64,000 nucleotides of DNA, from contig URRF01000002.1 in NCBI GenBank assembly GCA_900550145.1, positions 5,228-69,227 on the forward strand, written 5' to 3'. The position numbers and the translations under genes are program-made. The notes beneath the pieces were generated by a model. That model ran no database searches and had not been told where the DNA came from. It was given only the letters and a program-made list of their open reading frames with translations. This document shows, in pieces, positions 1 through 8,785 of this stretch. How positions within the stretch are numbered: the first letter of the stretch is position 1; every line of letters starts with the position of its first letter. The DNA is from an uncultured Mollicutes bacterium. Lineage in GTDB: Bacteria; Bacillota_I; Bacilli_A; RF39; UBA660.

Positions 1-44
1 ATTTATAAATAAAATGTATATAATACTATTAAGGAAGTGATTAA

Positions 45-869
45 ATGATACAAAGTAAAAACAAAGTAGAAAAATGTTCAAACACACTTATAATAGTATT
101 TATGGCTTTATATCTTCTAAGTGGATTATCACTTGGAGTAAGCTTATTAACAGGAAATTTTGCAGAAATAAAAGAATATACAAAGATAGATTGTATTTAT
201 GATACACTAAATTCTATCATTGCATTTGCAATAATGGGTATTGGATTAATTATTTTAAATAGTGATAAAGTTGATTTATATAGTAATGAATATGCAACAA
301 GTAAACAAGCATTTAATTTATTTTTTACATTTAACATATTAGGAGCATTCCTAGAGTTATTTTCAATGATTCTTAAATACTTTTTATATAAAGAATTTTC
401 ATTATATGCACTTGTAGTATTATTAGTAGCAAATGTACCAGTATATATATTATCTTATTTATTCATTCGCAATCATAATGTATTAAGTAAAGATAACGAT
501 AAAAGAACTAATATAGTAAATTTCATAATTGTATATTTACTTATGTCATGTGCTTGTAATATTATTACATTACTAATTACATTTATATTTGGCAAAATAG
601 AATTTTTGCCATTCATAGAAAGAGAAGCAATAACAATCGTATCAGCATTTATAATACTAGTTGCATATAGATTAACAAATCAACAACCAGAAAGGGTAAA
701 AGATAAAAAAATAGTAGTAGAAGAAACTAAAACTAATGAAATAAAAGATGCAGTTATTGTAGAGGAAAATGAAAAAGAAACAAATGAAAACATTGAATTA
801 AAAAATAATAATAAAAGAAAACAGAAAACAAAGAATGTAGAAAAAAATAAAGACAAAAAACATGAATAA
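45..869 (+). CDS. polytopic membrane protein with Lys/Glu-rich C-terminal tail (hypothetical)
   Basis: Several hydrophobic helices, then a KE-rich low-complexity tail. Good RBS (aggaag) upstream. No recognisable catalytic motif. Confidence 0.45.
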   Translation: MIQSKNKVEKCSNTLIIVFMALYLLSGLSLGVSLLTGNFAEIKEYTKIDCIYDTLNSIIAFAIMGIGLIILNSDKVDLYSNEYATSKQAFNLFFTFNILGAFLELFSMILKYFLYKEFSLYALVVLLVANVPVYILSYLFIRNHNVLSKDNDKRTNIVNFIIVYLLMSCACNIITLLITFIFGKIEFLPFIEREAITIVSAFIILVAYRLTNQQPERVKDKKIVVEETKTNEIKDAVIVEENEKETNENIELKNNNKRKQKTKNVEKNKDKKHE

Positions 870-891
870 ATTAAACATTATTCATGTTTTC
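861..891 (+). terminator. rho-independent terminator
   Basis: CATGAATAA / TTATTCATG stem with an 8-nt loop followed by TTTT. Confidence 0.6.
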
Positions 892-905
892 TCATATACT
901 ACAGT

Positions 906-2267
906 GTGATGAATATGAATATAAAAACAAATTCTAAGAGAATAAAAAAGGGAGATACTTTTATTGCACTAAAAGGAATGACATATGATGGGCATGATTA
1001 TATAGAAGAAGCAATAGAAAATGGTGCAGAAAAAATAATATGTGAACATGGTGAATATAACGTACAAACAATTATTGTCCCTTCTACAAAAGAATATTTA
1101 AATAATTATTTAGATACCAATTACTACAATAAAATAAAAGATATTACATTAATAGGAATAACAGGCACTAATGGAAAAACCACATCTTGTTATTTTATAT
1201 ATGAACTATTAAAAATGTTAGATGTTAAATGTGCTTACATAGGAACAATTGGTTTTTTCATAGATAAAAAAGAAAGAGATTTAAATAATACAACACCAGA
1301 AATACTTGAATTATATGAAATGTTTTTAGAATGTAAAAGTAGAGGTGTAAATGTAATAGTTATGGAAGTATCAAGTCATGCACTTGAATTAGATAGAGTA
1401 CATGGATTAAAATTTAACTACGTTTGTTTTACAAATCTTACGGTTGATCATTTATTATTTCATAAAACTATGGATAATTATTTAAACGCCAAGAAAAAAT
1501 TATTTAATATGTTAAAAAAAGATGCAATTAGTATTACTAATGTTGATGATAAATATAAAGATAATTTCTTATTAGATGATACTATTACTTACGGAGAATC
1601 TAAAAGTGATTTTAATATAATAAAATATAAACTAAAGCTAGATAAAACTATATATAAATTAAGATATAATAATAAAAATTATAAAGTTAAAATGAATGTA
1701 ATAGGTAAATATAATATTTATAACTCATTAGTAGCAATTATAGTTTTAGTAAATATGGGATACAATATAAAGAAAGTTATTAAACTTTTTAAAAGAATTA
1801 AACTTCCTAGTGGTAGGTTAGACATGATCAAATATAAGAAAAATGTTATATTTGTAGATTATGCTCATACACCAGATGCAGTTAAAAATGTACTTACTAA
1901 CGCAATTAAATTTAAAAAAAACAAAATATATACAATAATTGGCTGCGGTGGAAACAGAGATAAAACAAAAAGAAAAGATATGGGAATTATAGCAACAGAA
2001 TTAAGTGATTATGTTATATTTACTAATGATAATCCTAGAAATGAAGATGAGATGAAAATAGTAAATGATATGATAAACGGCATAATAAATGAAAACTATG
2101 AAGTAATATTAGATAGAAGTAAAGCAATAAAAAGAGGTATAGATTTATTAAATAAAAAAGATATTTTATTTATACTTGGAAAAGGTCATGAAGAATATCA
2201 ACTTATAAATGGAATAAAACATCATTTTAGTGATAAAGAAGAGGTTTTAAATTATATTAACAAATAG
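906..2267 (+). CDS. Mur ligase, MurE-like paralog (UDP-MurNAc-tripeptide synthetase family), short N-terminal domain
   Basis: P-loop IGITGTNGKTT; central Mur ligase domain; C-terminal TNDNPRNED (MurE DNPR-type motif); 453 aa. Confidence 0.7.
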   Translation: MMNMNIKTNSKRIKKGDTFIALKGMTYDGHDYIEEAIENGAEKIICEHGEYNVQTIIVPSTKEYLNNYLDTNYYNKIKDITLIGITGTNGKTTSCYFIYELLKMLDVKCAYIGTIGFFIDKKERDLNNTTPEILELYEMFLECKSRGVNVIVMEVSSHALELDRVHGLKFNYVCFTNLTVDHLLFHKTMDNYLNAKKKLFNMLKKDAISITNVDDKYKDNFLLDDTITYGESKSDFNIIKYKLKLDKTIYKLRYNNKNYKVKMNVIGKYNIYNSLVAIIVLVNMGYNIKKVIKLFKRIKLPSGRLDMIKYKKNVIFVDYAHTPDAVKNVLTNAIKFKKNKIYTIIGCGGNRDKTKRKDMGIIATELSDYVIFTNDNPRNEDEMKIVNDMINGIINENYEVILDRSKAIKRGIDLLNKKDILFILGKGHEEYQLINGIKHHFSDKEEVLNYINK

Positions 2268-2285
2268 CAATAAAGTAAATATTAA

Positions 2286-2311
2286 TGTAAACTAAACAGT
2301 TTACATTTTTC
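2286..2311 (+). terminator. rho-independent terminator
   Basis: TGTAAACT-aaac-AGTTTACA hairpin plus TTTTT. Confidence 0.65.
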
Positions 2312-2356
2312 CTGTTTTACTTTATACTTATTATTAGTGTTTAAGGACGTGATATT

Positions 2357-3940
2357 ATGATAACAGTTAACAACGTTTCATTAAGATTTGGGAAAAGAAC
2401 TTTATTTGAAGGAGTAAATTTAAAATTCACACCAGGAAATTGCTATGGAATAATTGGAGCGAATGGAGCAGGTAAGTCAACATTTTTAAAATTGTTAAGT
2501 GGAGAAATAGAAACAACTAGTGGTGAAATAAACATAGGAAAAGACGAAAGAATTTCAGTATTAAAACAGGACCATAATTTATATAATGATTATAGAGTAA
2601 TAGATACAGTAATAATGGGTAATAAAAGATTATACGAAATAATAGAAGAAAAAAATTTTCTATATACAAAAGAACCATTTACTGATAAGGATGGAATAAA
2701 ACTAGGAGAATTAGAAAGTGAATTTGCTTTTCTTAATGGATGGCAAGCAGAAAGTGATGCTGCTATTCTTTTGAGTGGTTTAGGTGTAGATATTCAACTT
2801 CACGAATTAACTATGAAAGAAATCCCAACTAAAGAAAAAGTAAAAGTATTACTTGCACAAGCATTGTTTGGAAATCCAGATGTTCTTCTTTTAGATGAAC
2901 CAACTAATGGACTTGATATAGAAGCAAAAATATGGCTAGAAGAGTTTCTAATAAATTTTGAAAATACAATATTAGTAGTTAGCCATGATAGACACTTTTT
3001 AAATAAAGTATGTACGCATATAGTGGATATAGATTATGAAAAAATTACGCTATTTGTAGGTAATTATGATTTCTGGTATAAATCAAGTGAACTTATTCAA
3101 AAACAAATGCGAGATTCAAATAAGAAAAAAGAAGAAAAAATAAAAGAACTTCAAGAATTTATTGCAAGATTTAGTGCAAATGCTTCAAAAAGTAAACAAG
3201 CAACATCAAGAAAAAAATTGCTTGATAAAATAGTACTTGATGATATAAAAGCATCTAGTAGAAAATACCCATATATCAACTTTAAAGAAGAAAAATCACT
3301 AGGAAGAGATGTGCTTACTACAAAGAATCTGTGTGTAAGTGTAGATGGAATAAAATTAATAAATAACTTAAACTTAACTATAAACAATTATGATAAAATT
3401 GCATTCATTGGAAATGAAATAATAATAACGACACTATTTAAAGTATTAAGTGGAGAAATAAAACCCGATTCTGGAGAAGTGATCTGGGGGAATACAGTAT
3501 TATTATCTTATTTTCCACATAATAATGATAATTATTTTAAAAGTAGTAAAAATATAGTTGAATGGCTTATGAGTTATTCTAATGTTGATGATGTAGAGTA
3601 CGTAAGAGGATTTTTGGGAAGAATGTTATTTAGTGGTGAAGATGCATTAAAAAAAGTTGATGTGTTATCAGGTGGTGAAAAAGTAAGGTGTATGCTATCA
3701 AAAATGATGTTAAGTGGTGCTAATACACTTATACTTGATCAACCAACAGATCATTTAGATGTAGAAACAATTACTAGTTTAAATAATGCACTTATTAATT
3801 TTAAGGGTGTAGTATTATTTAGTACTCACGATCATGAATTAATGGAAACTGTTGCAAATAGAATAATAGAGTTTAAAGATGATGGCAAATATATAGATAA
3901 AATGACTACATATGAAGAGTATTTAAAGATAAATAAGTAA
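2357..3940 (+). CDS. ABC-F family ATPase (two tandem NBDs, no TMD) with one degenerate ATP site
   Basis: NBD1 has Walker A GANGAGKST and Walker B LLLDEPT, but its signature is IPTKEKVKV instead of LSGGxxxR. NBD2 has a degenerate Walker A (GNEIIITTLF, no GKS/T), a good signature LSGGEKVR, and Walker B LILDQPT (E to Q). Confidence 0.85.
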   Translation: MITVNNVSLRFGKRTLFEGVNLKFTPGNCYGIIGANGAGKSTFLKLLSGEIETTSGEINIGKDERISVLKQDHNLYNDYRVIDTVIMGNKRLYEIIEEKNFLYTKEPFTDKDGIKLGELESEFAFLNGWQAESDAAILLSGLGVDIQLHELTMKEIPTKEKVKVLLAQALFGNPDVLLLDEPTNGLDIEAKIWLEEFLINFENTILVVSHDRHFLNKVCTHIVDIDYEKITLFVGNYDFWYKSSELIQKQMRDSNKKKEEKIKELQEFIARFSANASKSKQATSRKKLLDKIVLDDIKASSRKYPYINFKEEKSLGRDVLTTKNLCVSVDGIKLINNLNLTINNYDKIAFIGNEIIITTLFKVLSGEIKPDSGEVIWGNTVLLSYFPHNNDNYFKSSKNIVEWLMSYSNVDDVEYVRGFLGRMLFSGEDALKKVDVLSGGEKVRCMLSKMMLSGANTLILDQPTDHLDVETITSLNNALINFKGVVLFSTHDHELMETVANRIIEFKDDGKYIDKMTTYEEYLKINK

Positions 3941-3943
3941 TAA

Positions 3944-3968
3944 AAAAGCTTCAAAAGAAGCTTTTATT
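3944..3968. terminator. bidirectional rho-independent terminator between convergent genes
   Basis: AAAAGCTTC-aaaa-GAAGCTTTT palindrome flanked by A/T runs. Confidence 0.65.
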
Positions 3969-4812
3969 ATTTTATAATCAACTTTTGTCCTTTAAATATT
4001 AAATTTGGATTATTACCTATAATACCTTTATTATCATCGTATATTTTTTGCCATGTAGTATTATATTTTTCAGCTATTGAAGATAAGTTATCTCCACTTT
4101 TTACTATATAAGTAATAGGAGTTTTTTCTGGTTCCTTAACTTCATTTCTATCATCCCATGCATTTAATTTATTATATTTCATAATACTTGGATAATCCTT
4201 GTATGAATAATTTTGATCAACTACTTTACCAGCAATAGTATTTCCCCTAATTAAATTAGTTTCTCCTCCATATTGCCACATTCCATAATTTCCATAAGTG
4301 TTTCTACTAGGCATTTCATTTCCCCAATAGGCAAGCCAGTAATCATATTTTTTGGACAACTTACCATAATCCATTTTATTATTGGCCCAATCTAAATTAC
4401 AGTAAACTCCAACATAACCACCAACACTTTCTATATATTCGCAAAAACCTCTAATTGCATCATTAATTGCATTTTTACTTACCTTATTCTGATATACAGT
4501 ATCTTCTACATCCATATATATAGGATATTCAAAAGTTTTACCTTTCAAACAATTATTATATAAAAATTCCGCTTCTTTCTTTCCTTCTTCATAACTAGTT
4601 GCTCTTGAAAAATAATAAGCACCAACATTTAATCCACTTTTCTTTGCATTCCTGTATAATTCTTCAAATCTGTCATCTTTTGCCTTACCCTTAGCACTTC
4701 CATATCCAGTAAAAGCACCTCTTATAATTGCAAAACTAACACCTTCATCTTTCGCTTTATCCAAATTTATTCCATTTTGAAATGTACTTATATCTATTCC
4801 AAACTGTTTCAT
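3967..4812 (-). CDS. GH25 muramidase (Cpl-1/LytC-type lysozyme) with C-terminal LysM domain; endolysin/autolysin
   Basis: N-terminus GIDISTFQG...FAIIRGAFTGYG...DVED is GH25-like. C-terminus YIVKSGDNLSSIAEKYNTTWQKIYDDN...GQKLII is LysM. Confidence 0.85.
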   Translation of the reverse strand: MKQFGIDISTFQNGINLDKAKDEGVSFAIIRGAFTGYGSAKGKAKDDRFEELYRNAKKSGLNVGAYYFSRATSYEEGKKEAEFLYNNCLKGKTFEYPIYMDVEDTVYQNKVSKNAINDAIRGFCEYIESVGGYVGVYCNLDWANNKMDYGKLSKKYDYWLAYWGNEMPSRNTYGNYGMWQYGGETNLIRGNTIAGKVVDQNYSYKDYPSIMKYNKLNAWDDRNEVKEPEKTPITYIVKSGDNLSSIAEKYNTTWQKIYDDNKGIIGNNPNLIFKGQKLIIK

Positions 4813-4823
4813 AATTCACCTCC

Positions 4824-5099
4824 TTAATTAAATTTAATTAAATCTAGTAACTTGTCCCAATCAATTTTACTCATATTGTGTAAAATATCATAGGTACCAC
4901 CTGCAGTAATTCCCGATAACGTGAGCGCTAAGGAAAAATCTTTTGTTATCAAGTAATGTATGAGTGCTGCAAGTAAACCTATTAATAAATTTTGTAATGG
5001 AATCAAATTGTTGTTAAACCATGGAACCCTCTTTGCAATTATGCCACAAATAAATGTAACAACAATTGAAAGCATTCCAATTATGTATGATGTATCCAT
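4824..5099 (-). CDS. holin-like small membrane protein (LL-H/SPP1-type phage holin-like), immediately upstream of the lysin
   Basis: 91 aa with 2-3 TM helices and a charged C-terminus. An 11-nt gap separates it from the lysin start, the classic holin-endolysin order. Confidence 0.6.
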   Translation of the reverse strand: MDTSYIIGMLSIVVTFICGIIAKRVPWFNNNLIPLQNLLIGLLAALIHYLITKDFSLALTLSGITAGGTYDILHNMSKIDWDKLLDLIKFN

Positions 5100-5174
5100 A
5101 TTATCACCTCATTTTAATATATTAAAAAAAACGATTTGAGGTAATAATGATTGACCATAAAAAAGAAGTATTTT

Positions 5175-6632
5175 TCATACTTCAAGTTTTTTTCTTTCCT
5201 TTATACATTTTTTAGCTTCTTCAATGTCATTAAAATATATTTTACCATCTTTTAATGCCTCATAAGTTTCATTACCTTTTCCAAGAATTAAAATCATATT
5301 ATCTTTCTCAGCCATATCAATAGCCCTTTTTATTGCTTCCCCTCTATCTACAACAACTTCAAATTTATCTTTCTTATCCATTACCTCACTAGTTAAATCA
5401 TTTATTATATCGATTGGATCCTCACTTCTAGGATCTTCATAAGTAAATATTACGTAATCAGCATTATCAACAAGAATTTTACCCATGATAGGCCTTTTTG
5501 TTTTATCACGCTCACCAGCAGAACCAGCAACTATAATAGTTTTATTTGCTTCTAATGTTTTAGTAAGAAGAAATAAATTTAAATATCCATTTGGAGTATG
5601 TGCATAATCCACTATAACTTTAAAATCTTGTCCTAAATCAATATTAGTCATCCTACCATCCACATATAATTTTTTATAATCAAGTTTATCTATATCAACT
5701 CCCATAATCAACAATACACTAAGTGCAGCAGTTAAATTATATACATTAAACATACCTAATAAAGGAGAATTAATTTTATATGTTTTATCCTTATATGTAA
5801 TAGTAAATAAAGTATAATCATGATTTATAACAACATCAGAAAACCTAACATCTGCTTTTTTATTACTACCATAATAAATGACTTTTCCATTACATTTTTT
5901 AAAAATCTCCTCAGAATACTTATCATCTATATTTAAAAATGAATAACCATTTTTCTTAGTTTGTTCAAATAAAATACACTTTGCATTCATATAATTTTCC
6001 ATAGATTTATGAAAATTTAAATGTTCATGAGTAAGATTTGTAAATATAGTATAATCAAATTCAATATTTTTACATCTTCCTTGAGCAAGTGCCTCACTAG
6101 CAGCTTCCATACAAACATACTTACAATCATTTAGATAAAAATTATTTAAAAACCTATGCAAATGCTCAGGAGTAGGAGTAGTATTATTAGATTTATCAGT
6201 ATAAGTTTCACAACAAACTCCATTCGTACCAATATAGCCACATTTACTAACTTGATTTAAAAGCTCATATAGTATAGTTGATGTACTTGTTTTTCCGTCA
6301 GTTCCAGTAACACCTATCATAGTCATTTTCTTACTTGGATAATCATAGAATTTAAAAGCCATATCAGAAAGCGCTTCATTCGTATTATCAACAACTATTT
6401 GTGGCAAACTCGAATTAACTTTATGATCAACCACTAATGCAGATGCACCTTTTTTTTCTGCTTCCTTCACATAATCGTGTCTATCTACATTAAATCCCTT
6501 TATACAAAAGAACAAATCTCCTTTATTTAATTCCTTTGTATTTGTTTTTATATCTTGAACCTCTGTTTCATACTCTGTATCAAATACTTGATTAAGTTTT
6601 TTCATAAAATCACCGTTAATATTATACCACAC
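5175..6632 (-). CDS. murE: UDP-N-acetylmuramoyl-tripeptide ligase MurE (canonical length)
   Basis: N-terminal MurE domain; P-loop MIGVTGTDGKTSTS; C-terminal FTYEDPRSED motif; 485 aa. Confidence 0.8.
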   Translation of the reverse strand: MWYNINGDFMKKLNQVFDTEYETEVQDIKTNTKELNKGDLFFCIKGFNVDRHDYVKEAEKKGASALVVDHKVNSSLPQIVVDNTNEALSDMAFKFYDYPSKKMTMIGVTGTDGKTSTSTILYELLNQVSKCGYIGTNGVCCETYTDKSNNTTPTPEHLHRFLNNFYLNDCKYVCMEAASEALAQGRCKNIEFDYTIFTNLTHEHLNFHKSMENYMNAKCILFEQTKKNGYSFLNIDDKYSEEIFKKCNGKVIYYGSNKKADVRFSDVVINHDYTLFTITYKDKTYKINSPLLGMFNVYNLTAALSVLLIMGVDIDKLDYKKLYVDGRMTNIDLGQDFKVIVDYAHTPNGYLNLFLLTKTLEANKTIIVAGSAGERDKTKRPIMGKILVDNADYVIFTYEDPRSEDPIDIINDLTSEVMDKKDKFEVVVDRGEAIKRAIDMAEKDNMILILGKGNETYEALKDGKIYFNDIEEAKKCIKERKKLEV

Positions 6633-6730
6633 TTTACTTACTAATAAAAATATTGTAAAATAAAATTACAAAACATTATAGCAATAGGTGGACTTTTATT
6701 AAGTGCGCTTTTTGTCGTGTAGGAGGTTGT

Positions 6731-8734
6731 ATGGCGATAAATGAAAATGATTTAAATCAAGAAAAAGCTTATTTAAACATAGTTAACAAAGAACTAAAAG
6801 AAAAAATAAGCGATATTGGGGTTTCGCTCTATCAACAAGAAGAAAAGATAAACGAGTTTAAAAAATACACATGGAATAGCAAAGCAGGAATGGATAAAGT
6901 AGAAGTAAGTGCTGCTATATTGGAAAATGATTTAGAAGTAGAATTACTTACAATGAGAGGTTTATATTTAAAAAAATTGTTAAAAAGCGAATCAAGCCCC
7001 TATTTTGGAAGAGTAGATTTTAACGGGGACAAGATATATATTGGTTTAACATATCTTGATAAAAACTACGATCACCTAATTTATGATTGGAGAAGTCCTA
7101 TATCAAATCTATTTTATGAATGTGAAATAGGAAATGCAGAATATGAAGCCAAAGAAGGAACAATAAAAGGCATTATGACCAAAAAAAGACAATACAAAAT
7201 AGAAGATGGTAAACTAATAAGAGTATTTGACAGCAACCTAAATATAGTAGATGATCTCTTACAAGAAGTGCTTGGAAGTGAATCATCTGATAAAATGAAA
7301 AATATTGTTGATACAATACAAAAAGAACAAAACGAAATAATAAGAGATGTAGCCCATAAAAATTTAATAGTAGAAGGTATAGCCGGTTCTGGAAAAACTT
7401 CAGTTGCATTACACAGAATCGCATTTTTACTATATAAAATAAATAATTTAAAATCAAAAGATATTCTAATTCTATCTCCAAATAATGTATTTAGTGAATA
7501 TATTTCAAATGTACTTCCGGAATTAGGAGAAGATAATACTCAAAATACTACTTGGAGTGATTTTGCAAATTCATTTATAAAAGAGTATAAAGGTGTAGAA
7601 AGCTTTACTAATTTTGTAAAAAGATATTATGAAAAAGAAAACATTAATGACTTTTCCAAAATAAAATTAAGTGACGAATTTAAGGATATAATAGATGAAT
7701 ATATAGCAAAATTCACAAAAAACGTAGAATTCACAAGCGGAATAGAATGCAAATATAAAGATTATGACATAGATACTTTAAATAAATTACTACACGAAAG
7801 ATATAGTACAATCCCTTTATTTGGTAGAATAGAATTAATAAGTGAAAATATTGCTAACTATAATGATGGAGGAAAATACAAAAATAAATATATTAAAGAA
7901 TTATTAACAAGATTAAATGTTTCTAAAGATTACAAAAAAATATATAAGGGCTTATTTGAAACAGATGAATTTATAAAAAAATATGGAATAATCGATACCA
8001 GTTACATAAATGACAAAATAATTAATTATGATGATTCACTAATATTTATTTATATGAAGGGTTTACTAGAGGGATTTCCATATAATGGAATTATGAAACA
8101 AATAGTAGTAGACGAAGCTCAAGATTATACACCTTTACAATATTTTATATTAAAGACGATATTTAAAAACGCATCATTTACAATCTTAGGAGATGTAAAC
8201 CAAACAATAAATCCATATTACAAATACGATACACTAAAAAAATTAGAAAAAATATTTACTAATAGAACAGCTAATTTAAGATTAACTAAAACATATAGAT
8301 CAAGTAAAGAAATTATAGAATATACAAATAAAATTCTAAACTTAGATTTCGTAAGTGCAATAAGAAATAACAATGATATACCAGTTGTTCTTAAGAAAGA
8401 AAAAAATATAAAAGAAGATTTAATAAAAGATATAAATAATCTAAAAAATAAATATAAATCAATTGCCATAATAACTAAAAATGATAAAGAAGCAAATAAA
8501 ATATATAATTTACTTAAAAATGATTTAGATATTAGTTTAATAAAAACAGATTCAAATATATTTGATAGAAATCTAGTAGTAGTGCCATCCTATGTATCAA
8601 AAGGTTTAGAATTTGATTCAGTAATAATATATACAGAAAAAGATAACAAATATACTGATGATGAAAAATACTTATATTATGTTTCATGTACTAGATGCCA
8701 ACACGAACTTGTAATTTATAATCAAGAAGATTGA
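6731..8734 (+). CDS. helD: HelD-like (helicase IV / UvrD-family) ATP-dependent helicase
   Basis: Walker A GIAGSGKTSVALHRIAFLL; VVDEAQDYTPLQ (motif II); C-terminal GLEFDSVII. Confidence 0.7.
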   Translation: MAINENDLNQEKAYLNIVNKELKEKISDIGVSLYQQEEKINEFKKYTWNSKAGMDKVEVSAAILENDLEVELLTMRGLYLKKLLKSESSPYFGRVDFNGDKIYIGLTYLDKNYDHLIYDWRSPISNLFYECEIGNAEYEAKEGTIKGIMTKKRQYKIEDGKLIRVFDSNLNIVDDLLQEVLGSESSDKMKNIVDTIQKEQNEIIRDVAHKNLIVEGIAGSGKTSVALHRIAFLLYKINNLKSKDILILSPNNVFSEYISNVLPELGEDNTQNTTWSDFANSFIKEYKGVESFTNFVKRYYEKENINDFSKIKLSDEFKDIIDEYIAKFTKNVEFTSGIECKYKDYDIDTLNKLLHERYSTIPLFGRIELISENIANYNDGGKYKNKYIKELLTRLNVSKDYKKIYKGLFETDEFIKKYGIIDTSYINDKIINYDDSLIFIYMKGLLEGFPYNGIMKQIVVDEAQDYTPLQYFILKTIFKNASFTILGDVNQTINPYYKYDTLKKLEKIFTNRTANLRLTKTYRSSKEIIEYTNKILNLDFVSAIRNNNDIPVVLKKEKNIKEDLIKDINNLKNKYKSIAIITKNDKEANKIYNLLKNDLDISLIKTDSNIFDRNLVVVPSYVSKGLEFDSVIIYTEKDNKYTDDEKYLYYVSCTRCQHELVIYNQED

Positions 8735-8785
8735 CTAACAAATAAAAACAGATTATAATTAACTGAGAATAGGAGATGTTTAAAT

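Noticed and set aside
3151-3387. Antisense ORFs inside confidently called genes (for example 3151-3387, 7173-7481, 8218-8469, 9047-9247, 12202-12455, 13299-13841, 14115-14471, 14864-15508, 16006-16296, 30187-30819, 52134-52703, 55550-56023)
   Set aside because: They lie entirely within, and opposite to, long ORFs with clear conserved motifs. They are AT-rich shadow frames with low-complexity hydrophobic translations and no RBS, and are typical spurious ORFs.
3967-5099. Complete prophage around the holin-lysin pair
   Set aside because: Flanking genes are murE-type ligases, an ABC-F and a helicase. There are no structural or replication phage genes, integrase or att repeats within 5 kb either side.
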